A DNA stretch of 63,805 bases, counting the filler, from Octopus bimaculoides (lineage: Eukaryota), in the NCBI RefSeq assembly GCF_001194135.2. It is 7 parts of 6 records of this genome, joined end to end, with 100 filler letters (N's around TTAATTAATTAA, not from the genome) between each part and the next. Parts side by side here need not be neighbours in the genome. Positions count along the whole stretch, not along the records: positions 1 to 19,539 come from NC_068986.1; positions 19,640 to 28,783 come from NC_068988.1; 5 more parts are not named here. One strand, given 5' to 3'. This document shows, piece by piece, positions 14,081 to 28,432 of this stretch. Within the stretch, counting starts at the first letter, position 1. Every line of letters starts with the position of its first letter. The position numbers and the translations under genes are program-made. The notes under the pieces were generated by a model. The model saw only the letters and a program-made list of their open reading frames with translations. It made no database searches and had not been told where the DNA came from.

Positions 14081-14460
14081 ATTGGCACTCCGTCGCTTAC
14101 GACGTCAAGGGTTCCAGTTGATCCGATCAACGGAACAGCCTGCTCGTGAAATTAACGTGCAAGTGGCTGAGCATTCCACAGACACGTGTACCCATTACGT
14201 AGTTCTCGGGGATATTCAGCGTGACACAGTGTGACAAGGCTGACCCTTTGAAATACGGGCACAACAGAAACAGGAAGTAAGAGTGAGAGAAAGGTGTGGT
14301 GAAAGAATACAGCAGGGTTCGCCACCATCCCCTGCCGGAGCCTCGTGGAGCTTTAGGTGTTTTCGCTCAATAAACACTCACAACGTCCGGTCTGGGAATC
14401 GAAACCGCGATCCTATGACCGCGAGTCCGCTGCCCTAACCACTGGACCATTGCGCCTCCA
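14081..14460 (-). mobile_element. Family-B tRNA-derived SINE, long form
   Basis: Minus head ggaggcgcaatggtccagtggttagggcagcggactcgcg..ggtttcgattccc with A and B boxes. Tail cacgttaatttcacgagcaggctgttcc..cgacggagt. Confidence 0.88.
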
Positions 14461-15464
14461 CAACATTGTGAAATATCAAGTCTTAATTTCTCTCATAAAA
14501 AGAGATGTGCTGTTCACAAGCACAATATACTTCAAATATATTGCTTTGATTCTTATAATCTTTAAGATATCAAGAGACAAAACCATCACAATTCCTGATA
14601 TTGTCTTCGTAATACATGTGTACCAATAAATATGTTATATTCAGAAGCATTTCTTTTTTCCTTAGCAAAAAAAAACAAAAACAAGACAAAGGCTATATGC
14701 ATGGCCTATGTAATACAACGTCCATTAACCATATGTTAATAACTTTATAATACTACGAATGAAATTTGGATAAAAATGATCTAGCCTGAAATATGAAACA
14801 GCTAGATGTAACTTTTTCTTCTGTACATTATAATACAATTGTACAAAGCGACTTTTTTTTTTATTTTTCTACACTGTTACTTAAGATTTCACTGAATAAC
14901 ACTTCCCGCTTGCTTAAGCAGCGACATGTCGATCTAATAAACATCTGGTCGTATGTAAACTTAATACTTAATTGTATACATTAATAAATTTATTTGTTTT
15001 ATAGATGAAATCTAAGAAAAGTATGCAACCACGTCTTTTGAGACTGGGATTTTCAAACCGCGAACCACATACCAACAGGAATTTAATAGAATATAAATAC
15101 CAGTAAATCGTTGCATGTTCACGCATGACAGTGTTATCCTGAATCATAGCCTTAGGCTTCTATTGAGGAATATAGAATACTTTTAGTAGATCCATGTCTA
15201 TGGGAGAAGATTCGGTTTCAAGAAGAGCTAATGAAATCGAAAGCAGAATCGTGTGCTTATATGCCGAACCACTTAAATGAAAATGCAGGCATTTCCTTTT
15301 GTCACTTATAGTTGGTCTGATGTAAGAGTATGGGTAAAATCAGTCACTGAAAATTTATAACTCAGAACCGCGGAAAACTCCGTTGGAAATTTAAACAAAC
15401 AGCACATCATTTATTTGATATATTTATACACAAACAAACACGCACACACACACACATGTAAGTT

Positions 15465-15506
<42 letters not shown>

Positions 15507-16747
15507 TATCAAATATATTAGCTGTAAGACATTCTATTTATAAATGTTCTAAACCTTTCACAGCTTTGGATTTTTATCTCATTCTTAAAATTTTTATATA
15601 TACGCATGCTGATATATGACCTACGTCGGACTCCTCATTCGCATAATCACCGAACCTGGAACTTAACTTATATCTATCCATAGCATTTGCTCAGAATTAC
15701 CTNNNNNNNNNNNNNNNNNNNNNNNNNNNNNNNNNNNNNNNNNNNNNNNNNNNNNNNNNNNNNNNNNNNNNNNNNNNNNNNNNNNNNNNNNNNNNNNNNN
15801 NNNNNNNNNNNNNNNNNNNNNNNNNNNNNNNNNNNNNNNNNNNNNNNNNNNNNNNNNNNNNNNNNNNNNNNNNNNNNNNNNNNNNNNNNNNNNNNNNNNN
15901 NNNNNNNNNNNNNNNNNNNNNNNNNNNNNNNNNNNNNNNNNNNNNNNNNNNNNNNNNNNNNNNNNNNNNNNNNNNNNNNNNNNNNNNNNNNNNNNNNNNN
16001 NNNNNNNNNNNNNNNNNNNNNNNNNNNNNNNNNNNNNNNNNNNNNNNNNNNNNNNNNNNNNNNNNNNNNNNNNNNNNNNNNNNNNNNNNNNNNNNNNNNN
16101 NNNNNNNNNTATATATATATATATCTTATCTATATATATATCGTATCTCTGTATATATATGTATGTATGTATGTAGGTATGTATGTATGCGTGTATGTAT
16201 GTGTGTATGTATATGTGTATTCCATTAACTTATTTACATCACATCTCGCAGAATCACTGCCGCCATCAGAAAAAAACAAAAACAACAAAAACAACGTCAA
16301 CAACGATCAACAAGTATTACAGCAGATAAAGTTGCACAATTGTTTTGGCATTGCTTTCGGATTTCGATCATGTTTCTACTGTTTAATATATCAGCCGTTC
16401 ATGACATGCTAAAACCTGCCATTTTCAATAACAGACAAGCTGTTCATAGTAAGAATCTGAACTGTTCGTATTTTAGTTTTGTCTTCCATGACTTCTGTAC
16501 AGCTGTACCATTTAGCTGCCTAATATTGCTTGGCGACAGGTTAGAAGAATATGAATGAAAGGAAATAATATTTAATCAGGACTATGAAGCATGTATAATT
16601 TCAATATGGTAAGATATGTTCAAATATGCTGCATTAGATAACTATACAAAATATGCGCAATTAGCAGTTTATGAAAGGTATACTCTGTGCGAAAGTTCTT
16701 TGTTTAAATCAAATAAATTCCATCGAACGCTCATTTAGTATCTGTAA

Positions 16748-17076
16748 AAGGAGGACTCCGTCGGTTACGACGACGAGGGTCCCAGCTGATACAGTCAATG
16801 GAACAGCCTGCTCGTGAAATTAACGTGCAATTGACTGAGCAACCCACAGACACATGTACCCCTAACGTAGTTCTCAGGGAGACTCGACGTGACACATAGC
16901 GTGACAAGGCCGGCCCTTTGAAATACAAGTGCTACTCGTTTTTGTAAGCTGAGTGGGTGGACTGGTGCAACGTGAAATAAAGTGTCTTGCTCAAGGACAC
17001 TACGCGTCACCGGGTATCGAACTCACGACCTTACGATTGCGTGCCGAATGCCCTAACCACTAAGCCATGCGCCTTT
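16748..17076 (-). mobile_element. Family-B tRNA-derived SINE, alternative middle domain
   Basis: Head ggcgcatggcttagtggttagggc..gagttcgatacccgg, middle gtgtccttgagcaagacactttatttcacg, tail shared with 14081-14460. Confidence 0.88.
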
Positions 17077-17931
17077 ACTTAGTATCTTTACAGAGTTGGG
17101 TATGCCAAACGAAATGCTGGGGTTTAATGAGTTGGGTATTGCAAATGAGATGCTGGGTTTTGATTGCACCAGCACCAAAGGGAAATCATTGTGTCTGCTT
17201 AGGTAACAAAAACAAAGACAGAAAGAAAGAAGAAACAATGAAAGAAATTACTAGTAGAATTCCGATTTCTTCAAATGCCTTTGATTGCGAACTAATTACA
17301 AGTAAAGAATGCAAGTATGTTTAACAAGAAAATGTTTAAAAAATGCGAATACGGAAGAAATTAATAACGAGAACAAATCTTGGTGAAATAATGATTCGCG
17401 AAGTTCCCAATAAAATAAATTAGTCTGACATTGCAGAGAAAGATGTGTTATATTATGCTTGGCGGCAGTACCCCAAATGACATCATTCTAGTGACAACGA
17501 GGCATGTATTGTTTCCTTTATCTACGAATGAAATACTAAAAGTCTTCCAGTGAGGAAAAATTCTGTTCCGGATTCAAAATTTCTCCATTATATTCCTTGC
17601 CATGTGTCACTATTAAGCATAAGAAAAGTATGTCATCCGGACTGAAACGCGTTCTAGATGTTTCATTGATACAGCACTATTTATACTTAATCTGTCCACT
17701 CGGTTTTCTAAAATCGCTGTATTCGAGATCATGGGAATCATAGTCAATTCTGTATATCCGGAAGCAACCAGTTTTACACTTATAAAGAATGTAACTTAAG
17801 TCTGTAGTGTCATGTAATACTGAACTCTAGAATATTTCTGGAAAAGCTTCAGTGTACAAAGTAAATTTCAGATGTTTTCTGTCTATTTTTAGAGAAATAT
17901 CTTATTAATTTCAAAGAGGTACAAAACACTA

Positions 17932-18245
17932 AACTCCTTTATGGAAGGATCCTCTGTCTTCAATGCTCTTGTTATAGAACTCCAGATCCTTCAAGAATGT
18001 GCCATAGAAGCCCTCCAAAGTGAACCTGTCCAGGACTCTTGTAACAGCCCCCTTCATCGTCACCATGGGGAACAATCTCATGTAACAAGGAGTAAGGCCT
18101 GGACTGTATGGAGAGCAAGGAACAGTTCTGATGTATATGTTTGTCAAGTTGTTGGTTACCTGAATGGAACTGTGAACGGTGCATTCTCCTTGTGTAGGTA
18201 CTCTTGTCTTTTGAGACGAAACCACTACCTGTCGAAAAAGTAAAT
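17932..18245 (-). mobile_element. Mariner transposase C-terminal remnant
   Basis: Translates to ..HSSIQVTNNLTNIYIRTVPCSPYSPGLTPCYMRLFP..MKGAVTRVLDRFTLEGFYGTF..YNKSIEDRGSF, matching the TVPHPPYSPDLAPCDF motif of DD34D mariners. Frameshifted. Confidence 0.85.
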
Positions 18246-19539
18246 CATCTTAAGCTTTCACGTACAGTTGTCTTACGTGGCCTCTTGTGCCAGCATAAAA
18301 ACAGATGCTCGAGTCATAAAAGTTAATTCATAAGCATTCCTTATGTTTCTGTATTGTTTTTGTCAAGTTTAATAGGAAACTATTGTATAACGACACTCCA
18401 TAGAGTCTTCTGTAAATTAGTTGGCAGTGACAAAGTGTTCAGTGGTGTGTGTCAGCGTCCTTCAATGTAAAATAATATAATTTGACTGGTCAGCTTATAT
18501 ATGTGTAGTAATAATATACTAAAATTGAAGCAATCTAGGACAGTTATAACTGCCTTTCCCAAAATGTATATCGTTTCTTACCAACAATACAACATCTAAT
18601 TATATCGTTGCTGATATATAATGTCTTACATTTGGCAGAGTATTTAGAACGTCATTTAGATGTTTTCCTAGTAATTATACGTGTTCCTGAATTCAAATAC
18701 ACTTGACTTCCTCTCATCCTTCCGTCTCCTAACAGCGAATCGATTGAGGGAGAGTGAAGAAATGCGAATCCTTTGAATATCTTGTAATGCTTTCCAATAA
18801 ATCTCTCATCTCTGTTTATTGCTGGAATTCGTTTATGTTTAAACATCCTTTCAATATTAAGTTAATTATCAGTTAATGTTTACGTAAACATCAGCTAATT
18901 CATTATTGAATCTCATGTTCTGAGTATAAAATTTTAATTTTATGTCTCCCTTAGTACAGGCTGTTTCAAATCAGGTGACATTTTAAAATGCGTTATACTG
19001 TCTTCTACTCAACTAAGTATATCTACGATGCCTCGCTGAAATTTCAAGTCCGAAAATATTCGCAAATATACGCACGTATAATGGACAAGAACACAAATAA
19101 AAACACACAAATGGTTTAAAGCATTCTCAGTTGTATCAACGACACGAGAACCATGTGAAGTCCATCGAAAGCCTAATAACTTAAGATTGATTCTTAAAAT
19201 ACACATTACAGTCCTAGCGTAATATGGATAGACTTCTAGAGAAGAAATATGTGTGGCAGTTAAGAAATCGGAAATATTTGTTGAGTAGAGATGGTAGGTG
19301 ACTTTAATTTTAATAATCGTTTTGTAATAGAATTCATAAAATCCACGACAAACCGTATCGTTTGAAATACTAACGTTTTCCATTTCACCCTCCCAATGGC
19401 ACACAATATGTGAGAACTACACATGCATATAAACACACACACAAACATACGATGGTGAATCTTCTAACAGACATAAACAGTCAGAAATTTACACAAGCAT
19501 ACTTGTATATCTATATGCATGTATATATATATATATATA

Positions 19540-19639
19540 NNNNNNNNNNNNNNNNNNNNNNNNNNNNNNNNNNNNNNNNNNNNTTAATTAATTAANNNNN
19601 NNNNNNNNNNNNNNNNNNNNNNNNNNNNNNNNNNNNNNN
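19540..19639. other. Artificial scaffold join N44-TTAATTAATTAA-N44 (also at 28828, 45435, 49373, 52389, 62604)
   Basis: An identical 12-mer with stops in all six frames sits centred in a ~100-nt N run six times. Confidence 0.95.
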
Positions 19640-19886
19640 AACTGTCCTCCCCTCTTTTACACGACAACATTACTGTGTGATACACGATCCCTATTGATCA
19701 GCCTTTCCTTTCCTTTTTTTTTCCGATCCTTTTTGATCGAACTCCCCCTTTTTCCCTTCCTACGATCCCTTTTGATCGACACCACCACTTTCTTTTTTTT
19801 TTTCCTTCCTTCCCCCTCCCCAAAAGAAAAGCTCTACATTGTATTTGTCCCATCTTCGTTGAGCCCTGTGTGGCTAATAAAAGAAA
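19640..19886 (+). mobile_element. LINE-like 3' UTR fragment ending in polyadenylation-like tail, followed by (TATC/TGTC)n
   Basis: Shares ctaYgatcccttttgatcg and aaagaaaagYtctaca.ttgtatttgtccc..gccctgtg..gctaataaaagaaa with 33975-34148 (-). Confidence 0.65.
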
Positions 19887-19894
19887 TGTATCTA

Positions 19895-19943
<49 letters not shown>

Positions 19944-20820
19944 TTATTTATCTATCTGTCTGTCTATCTGTATGTCTGCCTATTTGCCTGTCTTTCTGTC
20001 TGTTTCTTTGTCTCTCTGTCTCTCTATTGATCTAGCTATCTCTCCATCTATCTATTTGCGTATATGTGTGTGTATATCTGTGTGTGCGTGCGTGCGTGCG
20101 TGCGTGCGTGCAAGCATACACACACATCCACACACACACACATGTATGTATGTATGTATGTATGTATGTATGTATGTATGTATGCATGCAATCACTGATG
20201 TCGCAAATAACAGTGGGCCTATTGAAAATAATTATAAGCAATGGGTGTTGTATTACTATCAAAAGGAACTGTTATTCTATATATTGTATGACAGCAAGAT
20301 TTCGCGTTTTTGCAGTTATCAGACACCTTCCACAGAAGAAGCGCAGTATGTTGAAATCACGTTTCCAGGCAGATCTGGCAATCATGTGATCCTTGTCTGC
20401 TACGATATATGCCTACTGTACTTTAATACATCATGTGTCTATATGAGAGGACCTCTAAATGTATATACTTCAGTTATACGGCGTTTCTTCCACAACTTAA
20501 AAGAGGATCGACAACCACATTTGTGGATGAGACGTAAGGGATACATATTCGTGGAATATTTAAGTCTTTATCTCTAGGGCGAAGTACAAAATAATGTCGG
20601 TCAATTTTAAATAAGATAAACAAAGCAACACAGTACATTAATGCGCACGAACGCGGTTAGGGAAATGTAAGAAGTTGTAAATTAAGCTGTTTCACAAATA
20701 GCTCTTGAAGCGAAAGAGTATAGGGATTGCTGGTAGATATACGGAAAATAATGTATTCTGGAAAAATGACATGCAGAAAACATGGGAGGATTGGAAGGAC
20801 ATGATTCTTTTGGAATTAAA

Positions 20821-20867
<47 letters not shown>

Positions 20868-20877
20868 NNNNNNNNNN

Positions 20878-20918
<41 letters not shown>

Positions 20919-22149
20919 CGGCGGGGTAGGAAATAGAGGTGTTAGAAGTAAATAAATGTGAACAGTACTACAATGTTATTTTGGGTTAGGTATTACAGTT
21001 AGAAGGAGTTATACAAAAACGATGAGAACTTATAGAACACATATAACATCTAAGTAAACGGCACAAACAGAAAATTGCCTGTATCATTTCTTTGTTGATA
21101 AAAATAATCCCATTCCTACTCCGTAATCTCGTTAAGCTTCAATAAGTTAGTATGGAAGCCTGATTTTGTAATGCTGTTGAAACTCGTCCAAACGTGCAGT
21201 TTATAATGCCGCATCCTATAAATAGCCATAAAGAAGCATGGTAGAGGCACATTCATCATTTTTTATTTGAAAATGATTTTCATTAAATGCTATTAATACT
21301 TTTAGTCAAGATTAGAACGAGGTTTTGTTAAAGAACCGTTTTAATCGTTTTCCCCTTAATTACTTTATACATTTTATGCGACACGAAATTTTGAAAATCA
21401 CAAGCGCACACAGATGCACAATTATACTTGTTAACTAACATGTATGTACATTAGAGTTATATGATCAGAGTGTATTTCAGTTGTAAATTAGCTAATTTAT
21501 AATTATACATTATTTAATCGTGTTAAATTATATTTCTCACGATTTATTGCTTTTGGCATCATATCTTTCTCCATAAATTTTAACCTTGGAGATAGCATTA
21601 AAAGCAAAAATTAGTCTTCTTTTCATAAGAGTATCAATCATCTAAACAAAATGTTTTATTCACTGTTTAACTTTGGTTATATTTTTGTTCGGTCACAAGC
21701 ACTTTTCGTATGACAGAGACAAGTGATATGGAGTTTCTCGCTTAAGAAATAGTTGAAGTAACGTGTCTTTTATCTCACACGAAACTAATCTAAAATCCCT
21801 AAAAGTAGCGTCCATGTAAAGATTATTTGTTTACTCTGTACTTCTACGAAATTTGTTTCCAAGAAACCTTCAAAAGTGATTACTAGTCTAATGCGGGATG
21901 TGCTCCTATCTATGGCTTTATTGAATGATAGATAATCTGATTTAAATAATTTAACAAATGAAGTTTGCAACAACATTTTATAGCCCTGTGTCAAAAGTAT
22001 ATTTGCCCTCATCAAAGTACTGCCACAGGCAAATCGTGCGCAGTTAATCATAATTCACTAAAAGTAAAAACACGAATATTGCATTATATTCTTCATTTCA
22101 AAAACCCCAAGGAAGCTTTCCTTCGAATATCACTATACTCAGAGGATAA

Positions 22150-22206
22150 TACAACTACCACCACCTCCACCACCACCACCACCACACCACCACCACCGCC
22201 CCCACA

Positions 22207-22305
<99 letters not shown>

Positions 22306-22313
22306 TAATAATA
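22150..22313. repeat. Compound trinucleotide tract (ACC)n-(CTA)n-(AAT)n
   Basis: Direct reading. Confidence 0.95.
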
Positions 22314-22863
22314 AATGCCCGATTGCACTACCAGGCAGTGGCTCTCATGGTTTCTGATCTTAATTGATTGGAAGTGTTATCACGTACATTGTTTTGTCTT
22401 GGTTTAAAATATGGTCTACAGCAAATATTCTGCTCAATACCACAGATTTGCTTGTCAGTTGTTTGACCTTAACCAGTTGAGCATGTCCCTTGGTGGCTGA
22501 CGATATGTGCATCTCTGATCATGAGCAGAAGTAGTGGGGGAGCATCATAGCCATGTGTTGAGAGGAATTCTTTGGGGTTTGAATAATTCACCTTTGGAGA
22601 CATGGGTGTTTTGCTCAGCATCCTTAAACAAACCTTATTCAGGGACCTTTTGAGTGGGATGGGCTACTCGACCTGAAGAAAATTCTAACTGGGCCCCAAC
22701 TTCGAGGTCATGCGCTGTTTATCTTGATATGAGATCACCATGTCGCGCACATATGATTGTGATGCATATGCCTTGTGTACCCTTATCAGACGGGTAGTCA
22801 TGATGGGCTTCGTATATTTTACCCTAGTGTCACTTTGATGGCATGCACTGCTCTTTCACTCAA
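22314..22863 (+). mobile_element. ~550-bp non-coding interspersed repeat flanked by (AAT)n
   Basis: Its first ~350 bp match 56185-56534 in reverse complement. Both copies start directly at an (AAT)n tract. Confidence 0.8.
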
Positions 22864-22884
22864 TGATAATAATAATAATATTTT

Positions 22885-23195
22885 CCACTAAAGGCACACA
22901 GCCTGAAATTTGGTGGGAGGGCACTAGTTGATTACATTGAACCAGTATTTCACTTGTACTTAATTTATCGACCCCAGTGCGTAACTGGTACTTAATTTAT
23001 CGAATCCGAAAGGATGAAAGGCAAAGTCGTCCTCGGCAGAATTTGAACTTAGAACGTAAAGACGGACGAATGCTGCTAAGCATTTTGCCCGGCATGCTAA
23101 TGATTCGGAATCGATAGAATAATTACCAGTTGTGCACTGGGTATCAATGTAATCACATTACTTCTAATCCCGAAATTGCTGGCCTTGTGCTAAAA
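22885..23195 (-). mobile_element. Family-A SINE (with duplicated core) plus adjacent inverted tail fragment
   Basis: ggcacacagcctgaaattt..actggtacttaatttatcg..aaggatgaaaggcaaagtcg..gcatgctaatgattc. Confidence 0.8.
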
Positions 23196-24769
23196 TTTGA
23201 AATTAATATGTATTTGCACCATGTAATACACTTTATGTGAGACATTTATTTTTACATATGCAATATCTTTTTTTTTTATTTTGTGTTTCAATATATTGCT
23301 CAATTCCTTTGGAAAACCGGTATTCACTAGTAGGTGTTTTATTCCGTACTAGCTTAAAAACTGCTCTCCGTGCAGACTTTTAGGCAAGCTTCTGCGGACG
23401 GCTAATTGTGCCTGCAACCCAAAACTAAAGAGAGCTAAATAGCATGACTATAGTGCGTGTAGAATGACTACATGTCCCGGTGGTGTTTGATGAGAGGTTA
23501 AGGACAGATGAGAATTTATTCAGTAATCCAATCATTTATTTGTTCCATCTTATCTTGGCGTAAAATTAACGAAGCGAATGTCATTTATCTCCCCCTTGAT
23601 CTTTGACGTCATCTCACAAACGCCAACCAAAATGGCCTGTATCAGCGAAGCTTTACCTGCTAGAAATAGCAACACAAATGCTTTTAAATCAGATCCCAAT
23701 GCTGTATGTTCAAGAAATAAATGAAGTACACATTTTCAATCCAGGGATCATCCTGATTAAAAAGAGGTACATGTCCATATAGAGCAAATGTAGACTGAGA
23801 TACAAGGGTCCTAGTGAGACAGAATTTCGCATTTATTATTATAGATATTTGCTTATGTAATTCTTCATGCACGGAGAAATATGTAAATGTTTTTCTCAAT
23901 GTGGATAATACTAATGAAATATTGTATGTATGTGGATATTATTTTCCCTGTATATGCATGAATTTGTATGTATTTATGTCCTTATTTCAAATGCATACGA
24001 TACAGAAACTAGCATATTTTTCAAAACAAATACTGTGCTCGTGTTGCTAGTCGTTTTAATTTTACTATTCTTCGTTTTAGATTTTGTATCAGAGCTATTT
24101 TGTAGACTTTCTTTCGGTATATGTATTAAGGCAAGCGTATCGTCTAAAAGCATGTTGTATACGGTATCGATATGCTTTTGCATCACTTTGCGTTTTATTG
24201 TTATGGAAAACGCTGTGAAGATGGGTCCTTAAAGATTAGTCGCTACTCAACATTTTCAATAATACAGCATGCTTTGAGTACAAAAATTACATTCCTACTG
24301 TGCTTGAATGTCATTTTATAAAGTTATCCACTTGTTCAATGATCATATTTTAGTAGATTTAACTGACTATGTTAAGAGGTTTCCTTCCCAACCATAAGGT
24401 TCTGGTTTCAGTCCCGTTACGTGGAAATCTAAACAAGTATTTTATTATAATTCTATTATAATTCTGGACTAAGCAAAGCCTCCTGGGTAGATTTTGTAGG
24501 CGGAGACTGAAAAAAAAGCTCGTCGTATATATGTCTATATCAATGTGCATGCGTGTGTCTTTGTGTTTGTCACTCACCACCGTCTGACAATCGATGTCAG
24601 TTTGTTTATGGAATTACCGACTTCAGAAAATGACCGATAAAATAAATATCAGACTGAAAAAGTAAATGAAGTACTGATGTCGGTTTTTCCCGCTAAACCT
24701 TTCCAGATGGTACACTATCGAGGCTGCTATCCGATAGCAGGTAAAAGATAAAAGATGCATACACACACA

Positions 24770-24808
<39 letters not shown>

Positions 24809-25959
24809 ACACACACACACACATACACACATACATACACACACACATGCACGCACGCACGCAAACAGATGCTCACGCACACACACATGCTTATGTATGT
24901 ATATATACTTACCAAAATTATGCATGTTGGTGTGCTTGACAGTGTCTCATAATATTGTAAAGACCATTGTACCTCAATTCAGTATTAAATCATATTTTAT
25001 CTTATGGATAATTTGCAAAGATATCTAATGCGATATAATTTCCCGTCGAGTGCAGAAAGGAAATTAATATTGGCATAAACAACTTTATCTATCGGTATCT
25101 CTACAATTAAACGTCATCAAATATGTATCAATAAATTTTATAACTAAATGTTACTAATCACTTATTTTTCAATGGATAGTTGCCAGCAGTATATTACTAA
25201 ACTTGCAACACTTGTTTATTTGGTAATCACAAACAAATTTTGTCGTCTGCTCTTCAGTAATTATTATACTGAAACCTTTAATTATATGATATAGTTTGTT
25301 ATTGTAAACAGTATTTTTTTTTTAACATTATATATATATATATAATTCTAATTTAAGTGACGTTTTCGAATGTATTTTTCATCACATTCGGAAAATCAAT
25401 AAAGAGCTATAACACTATTTTAAAATATATTACTTATATTTTCATTAGCTAGATATTCAACGCAAATATGTGCATAGGTATTTTATTATTGTTGTTCTCT
25501 TTGCTCTGCAGAATTCTCGAAATATAACCATCTCTCGAAAGTTAGCAAATATATTCGATTAATGTTTGTTTCATTTGTAGGATATTTAATTTGTAAGCAT
25601 TGAAACATATGCTGTTTACGTTGAACATTCCAGAAGTTTTGAGACTTTTTCAGAGAAACAAGCATAACCGTCGTGAATTATTGAAATTTTAGGATATCAT
25701 TAATATAACTTAATAAGCTGACCTGCCAACCTTTATTCCAGATTGAAGGAAGCGGCTTTAATGGCACTTTGAAAACTCCCAACTAAACACTACTTCCCAC
25801 TGGTGATTAGTTTGCAGAAGGTAGACGGCACAGGTAGACAATTTAGAAGCTCTGTGTTTAACGCAATAAAAACGCTACAGAAACTTATGAAATGCTCCAG
25901 AATTCTTATGGACTATCTTGTATGAGCCGAGTTTTCGATGTTAGATGGCAATCGAGTCT

Positions 25960-26380
25960 TTTGTAAAGAGCATGGGGATCACTTTTTCTCAACAAGGACA
26001 ACATCTACATCCACTGGCTTCCTTGGGTCAGGTGGTCAACAAAGAGTGTCTTGTGGAGGTTTTGCGGGCATTTAGGAAGTTATTTCATTGTAAAATGCTA
26101 AAGCAACCGTAGAAGTAGCTTTAGCAGGAAGGCATTATGGACACTGTACCGCGTGTTCCTTCTAAGTGACCAACTACAGAGATTGACATCAAGAGTCTCC
26201 GTCACCGACCCTAAAATCCAGATTTTACAACCTGCGGCTTTGTGCTGTTTCATATGAGGATGAAGGTGGCTTTGACAGGGTGCCTAGACACTTTTACTTT
26301 AGAAGAATTCCATGGGGCATTCAAAAGCAAGCTAGACGCTACAATACATAGAATGCAGACGATTCTACTTTAAGGATTAG
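25960..26380 (+). mobile_element. Mariner transposase remnant, same family as 17932-18245
   Basis: Decayed ITFF..IYIHW..GQ.VNKE..VEVLR.FRK, HQD..P-like, TNY..IDIKSLRHRP*NPDF.TC and LDTFTLEEFHGAFK..L.RYN segments, with many stops and frameshifts. Confidence 0.75.
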
Positions 26381-26675
26381 AATTTTCTACACCTTTGAAA
26401 TTAATAAATGTCTCTACTGAAACTATAAAATTTCTTTCATGCACCTTGTATTTAATGCATGCAATTAATTCACTGGAATATTAATTCCTTTAATAAACAA
26501 CGATGGACCTTTGCAGAGTTTGAGATTTTCAGAAAAAGCAACGTGAAGTGTACCTGGAAAATGCAGTTAGCTACAAGTAGATTAAATTTTTTGGCAAGAA
26601 GTATTATTGTATCTTCACAAAGAAGTTACGCAATTCTGGTATGATAAATGATTAAAGTTTTCATCCAACTTTATG

Positions 26676-26715
<40 letters not shown>

Positions 26716-27807
26716 GCACACATTTTTTCTTACCCTCCATTTTCCCCCGTTCTCTCCTTTTATATGTGCGCGTGTACATATACATATGCATATATAGATG
26801 TATGCATGTATATATCAGATATACTCATTCTTCGCGTAGTAAAAAGTAACGCCAAATATTTATAAATGTGCATTACCTTATTTTGCAAACCAGGAAAACT
26901 CAGGAATGGTTACTTCGAACAAACTGTGATAAACGACACCTTCTACATATTATATGAAAGCAATGATCGATTCGAGGTTTATAATTTTCCTTTTTAAACT
27001 AGTATAAATCCTCTCATGAATTTTCCATCGCTAAAAATATTTGTCAAATGCGAAGGAAAACATATTCAGGAATAAAATTCTTTGCAATGCCATTCATATT
27101 CATTATAGCACTGAAGGGGATATTAGTGCAAAGAGACATATGTTTGTCAACATCTCTGTCTCTCTATGACTTTGTCATACATCATATTGTCTGCATTTTT
27201 TTTTATGTATAGGCATGCGTCTGTGCTTGATATATATACACGCGCAAAAAGTGAAAGAGAAAGTCAGGGAGACAGAGACAGAAAGACGGAGAGCGACAAA
27301 TAGTTAGATAGATAGATAGACTGATAGATTTATTGATTTATAAATAGGTAGATAGATAGAAAGTTAGACAGAGAGAAAGAAATAAGGAAAACAGGTTTCA
27401 GTTACCAAAATTATATTCCATAACGATTCCAACATTAAATACACACACACACACACACACACATACTCAAACATGGACACACATACACAGATAGAAACAA
27501 ACACTCAGACAAACAGATATATATATATATATANNNNNNNNNNNNNNNNNNNNNNNNNNNNNNNNNNNNNNNNNNNNNNNNNNNNNNNNNNNNNNNNNNN
27601 NNNNNNNNNNNNNNNNNNNNNNNNNNNNNNNNNNNNNNNNNNNNNNNNNNNNNNNTATATATTTATAGATATATATATATATATATATGTGTGTATATAT
27701 ATATATGGGAGAATTTACGAAAAAAACGACAGACAACAATATATACATATCATATATGAGTTTTTTACCTGTAATTTGGGATTTTGTCCCTAATATTATT
27801 ATCATAC

Positions 27808-27870
<63 letters not shown>

Positions 27871-28432
27871 TGTGTTTTTATGTGAGTGTGTGTGTGTGCG
27901 TGTATTTAATGTTGGACTCGTTATGAAATGTAATTTTGGTAACTAAAACCTATATCTTTCCTTCTTTCTTTCTCTCTATCTAACTTTAATGTAACTTGTA
28001 TTTAATGCATGTAATTAATTCACATATATAAAACTTTATAATTAAAGATTAATCATAATAGAGGGTAACGAAGTACCAGCTTGCTAAAAATAAGAGTTAA
28101 AATACTCAAACAAGCCACCAAACTCACTGGCAATCATAATAAACCAATCAGGCAAACGAACAGAGAAAATGTAACATTTTAACTCATTTGGAAGCTGAAG
28201 AATTAGGTTATAGATATACCTGTATCATGATTTCCAATCCTTGATTAATCCTAAATTCTCTTCCGCAGGTCTTCTCTTCCTAAATACTCAGTGATAAAAT
28301 CCTACTCACCTCGTTATGCCCGTTATGCGTTGAACAGGCTAGCGCCAAAATCAAAACAGTTTCAGTGCTTAAATTTACGATAAATGAGTAAATATTCGAA
28401 TGAATATTCATATAGATATTATTATTATTATT

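Noticed and set aside
14390-14460. tRNA genes at SINE heads (also near 17040, 47990, 41240)
   Set aside because: They have A/B-box-like motifs but no full cloverleaf and continue into SINE bodies.
17615-17665. Possible fifth hammerhead (cataaga..agt/act gaaacgcgtt)
   Set aside because: The core box is too degraded and stem I is mismatched; only the palindromic aacgcgtt is suggestive.
19584-19595. TTAATTAATTAA recurring at six sites as a possible biological motif or repeat-spacer array
   Set aside because: Always centred in about 100 nt of N; an assembly linker.
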